Shown: positions 51,854-63,150, counted from the stretch's first letter. The stretch: DNA of 64,000 bases from an uncultured virus (IMG/VR IMGVR_UViG_3300047539_000147) (IMGVR_UViG_3300047539_000147); one strand, 5' to 3'. Numbers and translations: made by a program. Notes: generated from the sequence alone by a model not told the origin.

Positions 51854-54384
51854 ATGGCGCGCGCACCGAAGAAGACCACATCCGAAAAAAAGCCGATCGA
51901 GCAGTACGAGCACAAGGGCAAGAAGCGGCTGAACAATCCGCCTGTCGGCCTGGTGACGCCGGAGACGGACAACGAGGAGCCGAAGAAGACGTATCGCTAC
52001 GACCCTCACCTGGACCCTCAATTGATCTGGGCCGGCAAGAATGAGCGCACGTCGTTTGAAGTGCCGTCGATTTCGCTGCACGTCCACGAGCGTATCGACC
52101 CGCGCACGATTGTCGAGGCAGTCAAGAGGAAAAACGGCGGCCCGCAAATGTCGCTGTTTCAGAATCCCGCCGAAAACCCTCCCCTCCGCGAGGCGGTCGA
52201 GTTTTATAAACACAAGCACAATTGGTCAAACAGGCTGATCGCGGGCGACAGCTTGCTGGTGATGAACTCCCTGCTGGAAAAGGAGGGAATGGCGGGGCAG
52301 GTGCAAATGGTGTACTTCGACCCGCCGTACGGAATTACATACGGGTCCAACTTTCAGCCGTTTGTCCGGAGTAAAGAGGTCAAAGACAAGGACGAGGATC
52401 TGACCGCAGAGCCGGAGATGGTCAAGGCCTTCCGTGATACCTGGGAACTCGGTCTGCACTCGTATCTGACGTACCTGCGGGACCGGCTCCGCTTAGCCCA
52501 CGAACTATTGTCGGATTCTGGTTCGGTCTTCGTACAGATAAGCACAGAGAATCTCGAATACGTATCCCTGATTCTCGACGAGATTTTTAAACCAACTAAC
52601 AAGGTGGAGTTGATTTCTTTCAGAAAAAAGACAATGCCACTTGGGGGTACTCTGCTGGAGGGCAACTGCGACTACCTGCTGTGGTACGCAAAAGACAAAT
52701 CACTAGTGAAGTATAGGAAGGTGTTTCAACCAAGCCTTGTCGAGGGAGACTCGCACTGGAACTACGTTGAACTCAAGGACGGTGTGCGGCGCCAACTCAC
52801 GCGAGAAGAGATTAATAATCACAGTCTGCTTCCGCCTGGAAGCGATGTGTACCAGTTGATTGGCCTTTACCCGACCGGCACTTTTGACACAGGAATCTAC
52901 GATTTCAAACTGGATGGAGTGACTTATAAGCTGCCGCCCGGCAAGTGTTGGAAGACCCCAATCGAAAGCATGCGGCGGCTGGCGGCGGCTCGGCGTCTAC
53001 AACCTTATGATGCCGGCAAAACGCTTCGCTATGTTTTGAAGCATTCAGATTACCCGGTGACCCCGCTCGGCAATGTCTGGCAGGACACATCGGCTCCTCC
53101 CGACAAGCGATATGTCGTTCAGACCTCTAACATCGTCATTCAGCGGTGCTTGCTGATGACTACGGACCCCGGCGACCTCGTAATTGACCCGACTTGCGGA
53201 GGTGGCACAACAGCTTTCGTTGCCGAGCAGTGGGGGAGGAGGTGGGTTACCTGCGATACGTCGCGCGTTTCGGTTGCAATCGCGAGGGAGCGGCTTATGG
53301 CGGCTGTCTTCGAATACTACGAATTGGCGCACGCAGACGAAGGAGTGAGTAGCGGCTTCAAATACAGGTCGGCGGCTCACACTACTCTGAAATCAATTGC
53401 CAACAATGAGCCACCAGGACAGGAAATCCTCTATGACGATCCCGTTCGAGACAAGAAGAGGGTTAGGGTAACTGGGCCATTCACCGTCGAAGCCGTCCCC
53501 GCACCCGTTGTTCGCTCCCTCGATGAAGCAGACGCGAGCATTGATCCCATGCCAGCCGATGCCTCGGTGGCCCGTACTGGCGCAACCGCGCGTGACCGGG
53601 ACTGGCGGGACGAGTTGCTGCGCACTGGCATCCGGGGCAGATCTGGTCAGACTATCGAGTTCACCCGCGTCGAGCCTTTGCCGGCGACCCGCTGGCTCCA
53701 TGCCGACGCTGAGACCAAAGAAGGACTTGCCGCAGCGCGTCGTGGTTTCATTCGGTCCCGAGCACGCGCCCATGGAGCAGCGCCAAGTCGAACTGGCCAT
53801 TGAAGAAGCCGGGAAGCTGGTGCCGAGGCCGAAGATGATCGTCTTCGCCGCGTTCCAATTCGACCCGGAAGCGGCGAAGGACATCGACGAACTGAATTGG
53901 CCGGGAGTGACGCTGCTCAAGGCGCAGATGAACGCGGACCTGCTCACGGAAGACCTGAAGAAGAAGCGCGCCAGCAACGAGAGCTTCTGGCTCATCGGCC
54001 AGCCGGACATCGAGGTCCAACCCATCGGCGATGGTGAGGATAAGGGCAAGTATCGGATCACGGTCAATGGCTTCGATTACTACAACACCAAGAACGGCAA
54101 GATCGATTCCGGCGGCACCGAGAAGATCGCCATGTGGATGCTCGATCCCGACTACGATGGCCGCAGCCTCTTCCCTCGCCAGGTGTTCTTTCCCAATGGC
54201 CGGCGAGGATGATGGCTGGGCGAAGCTGGCCAAGAACCTGCGGGCTGAGATCGATCCAGATCTGATCGAGGCGTACCGCGGGACAACATCGCTGCCGTTC
54301 GCTGCCGGCGCAAACAAGCGCGCCGCTGTGAAGATCATCGATGACCGGGGCATCGAGAGCCTCCGGATTGTAGACCTGGAGTAA
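51854..54384 (+). CDS. mod: Type III restriction-modification methyltransferase (Mod), frameshifts near 53725 and 54195
   Basis: NRLIAGDSL, YFDPPYG, DPTCGGGTT, C-terminal AVKIIDDRGIES. Confidence 0.9.
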
Positions 54385-54387
54385 TTG

Positions 54388-57300
54388 ATGCCGTCCGGCA
54401 CAATCGACCAACTCATCGTCAACTCGCCCTACAGGGAGCCAGAGCAGCACTGGAGCTACGAGCGCGAGTCACGCTCATTCACGCTGAAACCCGGACGCAG
54501 GCCGGCGGGCTACGTGACGGCGACACCTGGCGCGAAGACCTTCGACGATCCAGGCATCTTTCGCGAACTGCCCCTGGTGAATCAAATCCGGCCGCGCGTG
54601 AAGGCATGGCGGGAGGCAGACCACCCAGGTGTCTCCGGCGTCACCAAGAAGCTGCTTTCGCACTGGCACGATGTCGAGCAGCGGAACGGGCGGCGCTTCT
54701 TTTTCTGCCAGCTTGAAGCTATGGAGACCCTGGTCTGGCTGACTGAGGCGGCGGCGTCGGAGCGCGTCGGCATCAATATCCCCGGCGACGGCGGGACCTT
54801 CACCAGGATCTGCACCAAGATGGCCACCGGCTCTGGCAAGACCATCGTGATGTCGATGGTGGTAGCCTGGCACGTTCTCAACAAGGTTGCTTACCCGCAG
54901 GATAAACGCTTCTCAAAGAACGTCTTCATTGTCGCGCCGGGCTTGACCGTAAAGAGCCGTCTTGGAGTGCTCGTGCCAGGCTCTGCGGACAACTACTACG
55001 ACCTGTTCAACATTGTGCCCATGGGCCTGCACGACCAGATGCGGCAGGGCAAGGTAATGATCCGTAACTGGCACACGCTGATGCCGCTCGATCCGGATGC
55101 CGGGCCCAAAGTGATTAGAAAAGGTCCGGAGAGCGATGAAGCGTTCACCAGGCGCACCATGGAGGACTTGGCCAGCGCTCAGAATCTGCTCGTCATAAAT
55201 GATGAAGCTCACCACGCCTGGCGCGTCCCGCCAAAGCTGTCAGCCCAGGATTTCGGAAAGCAGGAATTGGAGGAGGCCACGCTGTGGATCGGAGGCCTGG
55301 ACCGCATCCATAAGACGCGCGGTATCCTTTCCTGCTATGACCTGACCGCCACGCCGTTCGCGCCCACGGGAAAGAAGAGCGACGAGGAGACCTTGTTCGG
55401 TTGGATTGCCAGCGATTTCGGTCTGAATGATGCGATTGAATCGGGTTTGGTAAAGACGCCACGTGTCGTGGTCCGTGATGATGGGACGCTGACGAAGGAT
55501 TACAAATCGCGCCTTTACCACATCTACATGGACGACGAGGTTCGCGATGACCTCAACCGCAAAGCGGAGCCACACGAACCGCTGCCTGACCTTGTCCAGA
55601 ACGCCTACTACCTGCTCGGCAAGGATTGGCTGGAAACCTCGAAGCGCTGGTCGGAGGCGGGGTTCAAGGTGCCGCCGGTGATGATCACCGTGGCGAACCG
55701 GACGGAAACTTCGTCACGTATCAAATACGCATTTGACCGCGGCAAGATTCGTATCGATGAATTGTGCGTGCCGGAGAAGACGCTGCAGATCGACTCAAGG
55801 GTCCTGGACAAAGCGGAGGCCCGCGAAGAGGCGCCCGAGATCGCAACAGACATTCGCAGAACCCGCCGAGGAGGAGGACAACGGCCAGCCCGCTGCAAAG
55901 GTATCGAAAAAGGACCAATTCGAACTGCTGCGGCGTATCGTGGGTAGCGTCGGCCAAGCGGGTCAGCCCGGCGAGCAGATCCAGAATGTGATCTCGGTCG
56001 GCATGCTTTCTGAGGGCTGGGACGCGAAAACCGTAACGCACATCATGGGGCTGCGCGCGTTTACGAGCCAACTATTGTGCGAGCAGGTGGTGGGGCGCGG
56101 ATTGCGGCGAACGTCCTACGACGTGAATCCCGAGACCGGTTTGTTCGAGCCGGAATACGTCAACATCTTTGGCGTACCGTTCACCTTCCTGCCGCATGAG
56201 GGTGGCGAGGGCGCGCCGCCACCGCCGCCGCCTCCGAAGACGGAGATCAAGCCCCTGTCGGAGCGGGTCGCGTTCGAGCTCACGTGGCCGAACATCGTGC
56301 GCATCGATCACGAGTTCCGGCCGAAGCTCACGCTCAACACGGCTCTGGTGAAACCGCTGCTCATCGATGCCGCCGAAACACGGACTATCGCCGAGCTGGC
56401 ACCTATCGTCGAGGGCAAACCAGAGATCCGAATGGTGAGCGAGATCAACCTGCAAGAGTTGGGGCAGAAGTTCCGGATGCAGCGCATCATTTTCGAGACG
56501 GCGCGCGACATCTTCGACCAGATGCGGCCCACCTGGAAGGGCAGCCGAGAAGCCCTGCTTGCGCAGTTGATTCGGCTGGTGGAGCGATTCCTCGCGAGTG
56601 GCAAGATTGACATCACGCCGCCCCTGTTTACCCAGGACCCATTGCGGCGGCGCATTGTGCTCACGCTCAACATGAATCGCATCGTGCAGCACATTTGGGA
56701 AGCGATCCGATTCGAGAACACCCAAGCACTGGCGTTGGTATTCGACACGGAGCATCCGATCCGGAGCACGGGCGACATGCGTTCGTGGTACACGGGCCGG
56801 CCATGCGAAATGACATCGCGGTCCCACATCAACTTCTGCGTGTACGACAGCACCTGGGAGGCATCGGAATCGTACGTATTCGACAAGAACCCGAACGTGT
56901 CGGCGTGGGTGAAGAACGACCATCTTGGCTTCGACGTGCTGTACGTGTTCAAGGGCGTCGTCAAGAAATATCGCCCGGACTTTTTGGTCCGGTTGAACGC
57001 GGGAACCATGCTCGTGCTCGAGGTGAAAGGCCAGGACTCACCCGAGAACCGCACCAAGCGGGAATTCCTGGCCGAGTGGGTACGTGCCGTCAACGAAAAT
57101 GGCGGGTTCGGGCGATGGGAGTCGGACGTTTCATTCCACGTCAAGGACATCGAGGGCATTCTTGCCCGCCACTCATCCGCATCCGTGGTGATCGGCCCAG
57201 GCAAATCGGCGTCGATTGAAGCTCTCCAACGGCTATCCGCCCACCTTTCCATTTCGAATCAGGACATTGCCCGCCTGCTTCACGCGTCCGCCGAAATGAT

Positions 57301-57535
57301 CGTGCATTGGGAGTCGGGCGAGACTGTGATGCCGCCTGAAATGGAGGTGGCAGTTACGGCTGCGGACACTGCGCTGCGGCGGATTCTTGCGATCTTCCGG
57401 CCCGAGCGACTTCGGGATGTCATCCGGCAGAGAGTGGAGCTATTCCATGGACGCTCCGCCCTTGATTTGATTTTGGAGGGCCGCATAGAGGAAGTAGCAG
57501 ACCTCTATGTCGCGGCATTCGCGTATCAGGGATGA
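54388..57535 (+). CDS. res: Type III restriction endonuclease/helicase (Res), frameshift near 55850, with in-frame C-terminal Xre/MbcA/ParS-type antitoxin domain (about 57188-57535)
   Basis: KMATGSGKT, NDEAHH, LSEGWD, QVVGRGLR, PDF..LEVKG; tail has HTH NQDIARLLHAS and FHGRSALDLILEGRIEEV. Confidence 0.85.
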
Positions 57536-58074
57536 AGGCGACTGTTTACCACAATCATCTGCCGATCTACCGGGTCGTGAGGCGCGGCTGGCCCGATCCC
57601 ATCGACACGGCGTTCTCGCAATCTCCCAAGGTGGACAACCGATGGAATACGGTTGATTTTCCGGCGCTCTACTGTTGCTGCTCGGAGGCCGTTGCGAGCG
57701 CCATTGTGAGAGACATCTTTCGCATCACCGGAGCCACCCTCGCTGATCTCCTCGAAACCGCTTATCCGCAACTGGTAGAGATCCAGTGGCAGGGGGAACC
57801 CGTCGACATGACCGCCGAATCCGCGATTGTGTTGGCTGGCTTTTCGCCTGACTACCCCGATGGCGCGAATCACAGCCAGACTCAAATCGTTGCCATCAGT
57901 TGGCACGCCGTCGGTGCCTCAGGCGTTTTGTGTCGAAGTGCCTCGATGGCTCGCCTGGGGTTCAACGGTTGGAGCGGTGACCATGCGGCGTGGAGCGAGC
58001 TTGCCATATACACGGAGAACTGCGCTACGAAGCCGAACGTGCTGAATCGCCGGGATGACCTGGGCTGGCTGTAG
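57532..58074 (+). CDS. RES-domain toxin-like protein
   Basis: IYRV, NRWN..ALY, SQTQIVA..GVLCRSA; ATGA overlap with antitoxin-like domain. Confidence 0.8.
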   Translation: MKATVYHNHLPIYRVVRRGWPDPIDTAFSQSPKVDNRWNTVDFPALYCCCSEAVASAIVRDIFRITGATLADLLETAYPQLVEIQWQGEPVDMTAESAIVLAGFSPDYPDGANHSQTQIVAISWHAVGASGVLCRSASMARLGFNGWSGDHAAWSELAIYTENCATKPNVLNRRDDLGWL

Positions 58075-58531
58075 TCGCAGCCCCTTGTCCTGTTTCCATT
58101 CTGCCTCGCGGAGCCGATACAGGGCGAGCTTTCTTCAAATCCATCCATGTTCGCCTTTGATTGTCCCAGAGCACGATCTTTGTGAGCGCTCGGACTGCTG
58201 TTTCGGCGGTAGCGGGCGTTCTGATCGGCAGCCCCTCCCCACTCAAGATCTCCTCTTGAATCTCTGGCGCGAGGAGCAGGAGATTCATAATCTGCGTGAG
58301 CCGGGCGCGCGACACGTACCCCAACCGAGCGATGTCCGCGTAGTCGTGCACTTCGCCGCGGTTGACCATGTCCTGGAACTTGACGGCGAGAGCCATCAAT
58401 CGAGCGATTCGCGGGATGCGTGGCGGGTCGGGCACCTTGGGCACAGCCGGGCTGCGGTGCCAGCCACCCTTGCGGCCCTTCGCCGGTACGATGGTGATTT
58501 CGACCTGAAGTGTCCCGTCGTCGATACTCAT
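58025..58531 (-). CDS. Hypothetical protein associated with serine recombinase
   Basis: ADIARLGYVSRARLTQIMNLLLLAPEIQEEIL HTH; ATGA coupled to recombinase. Confidence 0.75.
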   Translation of the reverse strand: MSIDDGTLQVEITIVPAKGRKGGWHRSPAVPKVPDPPRIPRIARLMALAVKFQDMVNRGEVHDYADIARLGYVSRARLTQIMNLLLLAPEIQEEILSGEGLPIRTPATAETAVRALTKIVLWDNQRRTWMDLKKARPVSAPRGRMETGQGAATTASPGHPGDSARSAS

Positions 58532-60066
58532 CGGACTGCCTCCTTCTGAACCAGTTCCTTCACGCCGGCCGATTTGAAGCTCACCGTGACCTTGCCAGTG
58601 CGGCCGTCGTAGCCGACCTTCTCCACCAGTTGGCGCAGGAGGTTCCGCTGCTCATCAAGGTTCATGGCCTTCCACACGTCCTCGAAGGACTCCATCGTGC
58701 GGCGCAACTCCTTCTCGTCGATCCGCTGCTTCTCACGCCGCAGAATCTCCTTGCGAAGCTCCTCTGCGCGCGTTTCCCCTGCTGCGAGTTGCTCCCGGAT
58801 CTCGGCCAACCGGGCAGCCTCCGGGTTTCGAATCCGTGCGATCTGCGACTTCAGATTCTTGACGCGACCGTTCGTCGTGTTCAGTTCCTCGCGCAAACCG
58901 GTAATCATCTCCGCGAGCTGCTGCCGCGCCAAGCGCGCGGTCTCAGCAAGCACGTCTGGCTGCACGCCGACGCGCCGTATACTCTCGACAACCGCGTCCT
59001 CAACGGACGGCGCGGACACTGCGCGCGAGGTGCAGTAGCCTTCGAGTTTCTGCTGAGACCGGTAGCAGACGTAGTAGCGGTAGCGCCTCTCCTTGTTGGC
59101 CGAGTACGTCGAGTACATGCCGGAGCCGCAGCAGGAGCAGTAGATCAGCCCACGCAGCAGAGCATCGAATTTGACGCGATGGGCGTTGCCCGGTGTCCAC
59201 GCGTTCTCTTTGAGGCGCTTCTGGGCCATGTCGAAGGTCTGCTGGTCGATAACGGCTTCGTGCTCTCCGGGGAAGATTTCATCGCCCACCTTCACCTGCC
59301 CCGTGTAGAGGACGTTGCCGAGCAGTTTGTAGATGTGGCACCGGCGTAGCGCGCTGCCGCCGTAGAGCTTTCCGTCCTGTGTGGTCCATTGCTTGTTGCG
59401 CCACCCCAGCTTGTCGAATCGTTGGACAATCTCCAGAACCGGCGTTCCTTCCAGATAGAGGCGGAACATCTCTCGGATGCGCTCAGCCTCCTCGGGATTG
59501 ACGGCCAACTTCCCGGCGCGCGAGTCGAGGTCGTAGCCCAGGAGGATGTGCCCACCGGTCCACTTGCCCTTCTTCCGCGCCGCCACCTGCTTGTCGCGCG
59601 TGCGCTCCGAAATGATCTCGCGCTCGAACTGGGCGAAGGATAGCAGGATATTCAGCGTCAGGCGGCCCAGTGAAGAGTTCGTGTTGAACTGCTGCGTGAC
59701 GGAGACGAAGCAGACGCCGCGCTTCTCGAACAACTCCATCATCTTGGAGAAGTCGATCAGTGAACGGCTCAGGCGATCAACCTTGTAGACGACTACGCAG
59801 TCGATCTTGCCGGCTTCGATATCGGCCAGCAGTTGTTTCACGCCGGGCCGTTCGATGTTCGCGCCTGTGTATCCGCCGTCGCTGTACTGGGTGGGCACCA
59901 GGGTCCAGCCGTCGTGCTTCTGGCTGAGGATGTACGCCTCGGCCGCCTCGCGCTGGGCGTCGAGCGAGTTGAATTCCTGGTTCAGGCCCTCCTCCGTCGA
60001 CTTCCGCGTGTAGATCGCGCATCGGACGGGTTTTGGCGCGGTCGTGCCGTTACTGGTGGCTGCCAT
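58528..60066 (-). CDS. Large serine recombinase (resolvase + recombinase + Zn ribbon)
   Basis: IYTRKST, VDRLSRS, FEREIISER, GEHEAVI, CSCCG..YYVC. Confidence 0.95.
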   Translation of the reverse strand: MAATSNGTTAPKPVRCAIYTRKSTEEGLNQEFNSLDAQREAAEAYILSQKHDGWTLVPTQYSDGGYTGANIERPGVKQLLADIEAGKIDCVVVYKVDRLSRSLIDFSKMMELFEKRGVCFVSVTQQFNTNSSLGRLTLNILLSFAQFEREIISERTRDKQVAARKKGKWTGGHILLGYDLDSRAGKLAVNPEEAERIREMFRLYLEGTPVLEIVQRFDKLGWRNKQWTTQDGKLYGGSALRRCHIYKLLGNVLYTGQVKVGDEIFPGEHEAVIDQQTFDMAQKRLKENAWTPGNAHRVKFDALLRGLIYCSCCGSGMYSTYSANKERRYRYYVCYRSQQKLEGYCTSRAVSAPSVEDAVVESIRRVGVQPDVLAETARLARQQLAEMITGLREELNTTNGRVKNLKSQIARIRNPEAARLAEIREQLAAGETRAEELRKEILRREKQRIDEKELRRTMESFEDVWKAMNLDEQRNLLRQLVEKVGYDGRTGKVTVSFKSAGVKELVQKEAVR

Positions 60067-60583
60067 GTTTCCTCCCCGGCTTGCCGCCAAGCCCGAAGAA
60101 CGCGAACCCGTTCCACGGCGTGCCGGTAGCCTGGCGCACGGCGGAACTCAGGGAACGGTGGATCTGGCCACCGCACTCGAAGCCGTCCTCCCGAACGCGA
60201 ACGACGACATCCTTACCCCGGTAGCGTCGCACCAGTTCGGTGCCGGGCATCGGGAGCCGCGGGTCCTCGGTCGGCGCGACGCGCGTCTCAAGCGTGCGGC
60301 TCTCGTCCAGATCCACTTTCAAAAAGTTTTTGGGTGCCCGAATGCGGAGGTCAGCGTCGTCGGCGATCTCCAGTGCGCGGCGGCGCGCGCGTTCCGAGAG
60401 GCCGCCGTAAGCGTTCGCCTGCATGCGCCAGGCGATTCGCCGGAAGAGGAACTGTTTGTGATTCGACCGGCTCGATTCGCTGAAGACATCACGGTACTTG
60501 TCCTTAAGCTGCCCGACGGTCATGTGGCGCAAGGCCTCGATCTCTTCCCGCAGGCCCGTTGATCTATTGGTCTCTGTTTTCAT
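60050..60583 (-). CDS. DUF2924 protein
   Basis: RIAWRMQANAYGGL, PGTELVRRY, SLSSAVRQATGTPWNGFAFFGL. Confidence 0.9.
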   Translation of the reverse strand: MKTETNRSTGLREEIEALRHMTVGQLKDKYRDVFSESSRSNHKQFLFRRIAWRMQANAYGGLSERARRRALEIADDADLRIRAPKNFLKVDLDESRTLETRVAPTEDPRLPMPGTELVRRYRGKDVVVRVREDGFECGGQIHRSLSSAVRQATGTPWNGFAFFGLGGKPGRKHGSHQ

Positions 60584-60587
60584 AGTG

Positions 60588-60737
60588 TTAACCAGCAGTC
60601 ACATGAGGGCGGGAATTCTCGGCACAGTCAACTTCCTTCCGGAGAGGTTCGGGGAAGCGCAGGCGCACGTAGGCGGTCGCAAGAATGGCGGCGACCTGGT
60701 GTACGGCCTCGGCGCGATCAGCATCGCGGTCGTTCAT
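60588..60737 (-). CDS. 49-aa hypothetical protein leading the recombinase operon (not in ORF track)
   Basis: AAGGAG RBS; MNDRDADRAEAVHQVAAILATAYVRLR.. Confidence 0.6.
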   Translation of the reverse strand: MNDRDADRAEAVHQVAAILATAYVRLRFPEPLRKEVDCAENSRPHVTAG

Positions 60738-60832
60738 GAGCGGTCTCCTTGGAGGCCACCCACGACGATGTCCGCTTCGCGGTCGAGCGCCGTCTGGTGG
60801 GATTATCGACGCGGTCTGTTTCCGCGTCCGTT

Positions 60833-60867
60833 CACTATATACGCAGGGAACGTGGAAGATGTCTCAC
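60833..60867 (-). promoter_or_regulatory. Putative ECF-sigma promoter of recombinase operon GTGAGACA-N14-TGCGTATATAGTG
   Basis: Second exact copy of both boxes seen at 46183-46217. Confidence 0.7.
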
Positions 60868-61096
60868 TCGGGGGCGGCGATTTCGCGCGGGCGTTAACAA
60901 ACGCGGAAAGACGGAACCAGAGACGGGGAGACGGGGCGCAGAGAGGGAGTGGAACCGGGCAGGACTCGGCGGGCCAACCGTCGTGGGCTCGAACCGAGAG
61001 ACGAACGGAGACCGGAAGTTCTTCGAAAGACTACGCCGACGCGCAGGGACGATGCCGTCAACCAACGGGCACCCAAATCAGTGGAGGGAAAGGATT

Positions 61097-61143
61097 TGGC
61101 TCCTCAGGTAGGACTCGAACTTCCTACCCATTGGTTCACAGCG
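61097..61143 (-). tRNA. Degenerate 3' half of a tRNA (probably Asn); att remnant, not a functional gene
   Basis: Minus strand ..GTTCGAGTCCTACCTGAGGAGCCA: T-loop, acceptor strand and CCA; no 5' half. Confidence 0.7.
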
Positions 61144-61339
61144 GAGAGATAACCCCATTGTTTTCAGTAAGCCGTTCGTGCAGCGTTGTCGTCTGCAATC
61201 CTGTCAGGCCCTATTCGGGTCTCGTTTGACGCGCGGAGTGCAGCCTCAGCGCGGTTTTTTCGTCGCCTCGTCCTGCACAGGCGCACGACCGCCCTCGATG
61301 CGCCTGCAGGCGGGCACTCCCGCGCAGGTTCGCCACCCG

Positions 61340-61791
61340 CGCACGTTACGTTCGCTCCCACCAGACTGACGTTTGCAAACCAAACAGTCAACACCATCAA
61401 TCCGGCTCAGAACGCCACGCTGACCAACAGCGGCCTCGGGCTTCTCACGATTCGGGAGTATCGCGGCGTCCGGCCCCTTCGCTCAGACGAATACCTGCGG
61501 CGCAACTCTGATCTCCGGCGCGAGTTGCACGATCAGCGTCACTTTCACTCCGAACACGACCGGCAAGGGCGGCGCGGCCGTAAGCATCACGGCCGTCTCC
61601 GTCGCCGGCGCAAATGCCGGGGACTTCGCTCAAACCAACACCTGCGGCACAAGCCTAGCGTCGGGAGCAAGCTGCTTCATCACGGTCACCTTCGCACCGT
61701 CGGCAAGGGCAAGCGGACAGCCGACATCTCGGTCACAAATAACGGCGGCGGCAGCCCGCAGAAGGTATCGCTAAGCGGGACGGGGACCTGA
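61340..61791 (+). pseudogene. Fragment of ASPM-SPD-2-Hydin / choice-of-anchor D Ig-like repeats
   Basis: LTFANQTV..TLTNSG, FAQTNTCG..GASCTISVTFTP twice, GGSPQKVSLSGTG across frameshifts. Confidence 0.7.
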
Positions 61792-61984
61792 CAACACGCG
61801 TGTCCGGCGGACCTATCGGAGCGGATTGCGCGTCCGTGAGTCCCCTCCAGATCCTGCACGACCAAGCGTACGAATCGCTTCTAGCAGCGCCACGCCGGGG
61901 GGTTAGCGCGGTTTCGCTTGATGTCCCCACCCCCCTGAGGTAAGGTCCAAATGGCTACCGATATTGCCCAATAAGAGGTTCTAA

Positions 61985-62370
61985 ATGAACGAGTTAACCG
62001 TAGTTGACAGAGCAACGGAATGGCGGCGGATGAAGTCCCTGGTTTTGGACAGCGTCAGCTCGCCGATTACCAAAAGGGTCTACAACATGGCCCTGGACGA
62101 GTTCTTCTCCGATGGTACGACGCCAGGAGCCGCGGCCCGGCTTCACCAAAGCCACGCGTTAGCGCCTGGCGCGTATCGCTGGAGGAGCGCAAGCTGGGGT
62201 CGTCGTCGATCATCGTCCGCATGTCGGCGATCCGCAAGCTGGCGGTGGAGGCGACCGACAACGGCCTGCTGGCGCCCGAACTGGCCGCCGGCATCCAGCG
62301 CGTGAAGAGTGCAAAGTCCATCGGCGTGCGCATGCCGGCAACTGGCTCTCGCTCAGAAGCAAGCCCATGA
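61985..62370 (+). pseudogene. N-terminal fragment of a tyrosine recombinase
   Basis: LVLDSVSSPITKRVYNMAL..SAIRKLAVEATDNGLLAPELAAGI; no catalytic domain. Confidence 0.75.
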
Positions 62371-62478
62371 GAGCACACGCTGGTCGCATTCGCCGATCTG
62401 CTTCTGTATGAAGTCGTGAGGGACAACGGCCTGCCTGATTCAAACAGCATAGCCATGCTATATTGAAGAACACTCCGG

Positions 62479-62814
62479 CTACCTGGCGAAAGTGTTACTG
62501 AGCGACCCGAGCGCGTTCGCGGATCCACTGAGAGTGATATCGTAGCTGGCGTATGTGGTGGCCGCCGTCGGTCCGCTCGACGTGTTGGTGCTGTCCAGCC
62601 GGAAGCCAATGGCAGTCAAGCTGCTGCCAATCGGCACCGCGGAAAACTGCGACGCTGCGAGCTGAAATTGAAATGTGATGGCGGCGTCCGAGAACGGGCC
62701 GTTCACATAGCTGGGGCTCTCTGTGCTCGTGTAGGCATTTGGGACAACTATGGTCCCGGCGGTCGCCGGGAGGATTGTGGAAATTGCAAGCAAAGCGATT
62801 CGTAATTTCGACAA
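62479..62814 (-). pseudogene. Truncated secreted protein, PEP-CTERM-style N-terminus
   Basis: GGGGAGG RBS, TTG start, signal peptide KLRIALLAISTILPATA, Ser/Thr-rich. Confidence 0.5.
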
Positions 62815-63094
62815 TTGAATGACCCTCCCCGGATCAGATTTACATGCGGGTGGTCGGCGCGGCCGGGAAAAACCAGCCGACATCAGGGCGTACTACGTTG
62901 CGATTCCCGGGCTCAGTTGGCAGAACATCGTGGTGGGCGATCCGCTGTGCAAGCCGAGGTAGCCCACGCACTCAATGCTTGTGGGTAGACGGGCCAGACC
63001 CCTACCGTGTCAAGGTAGCGTTCCGATCCCGCTCTGTTTCGATGCGCCGAAATGCCTCGCGCGGCGCGGATTGGGCCGATTAGATAAGCCGCGC

Positions 63095-63130
63095 AAAGAG
63101 AAAGCCCGCCGCGGCGAGTGCCGGGCGGGC
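63095..63130 (-). terminator. Intrinsic terminator after second DUF3489 gene
   Basis: GCCCGCC..GGCGGGC stem then TTTCTCTTT on minus strand. Confidence 0.6.
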
Positions 63131-63150
63131 CGAAGGGCGGATGTCCGAAA

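Larger units (their letters stand above)
10656..61096 (-). mobile_element. Lambda-like siphovirus prophage with serine recombinase; ends approximate
   Basis: Ordered terminase-portal-protease-capsid-connector-tail tube-tape measure-tail tip genes plus replication and recombination modules. Confidence 0.9.

Noticed and set aside
18617..55900. Prophage is defective because portal, tail tube, tape measure, primase, mod and res are frameshifted
   Set aside because: Breaks are single-base indels, often at short homopolymers, without in-frame stops or large decay; long-read error is the simpler explanation until reads are checked
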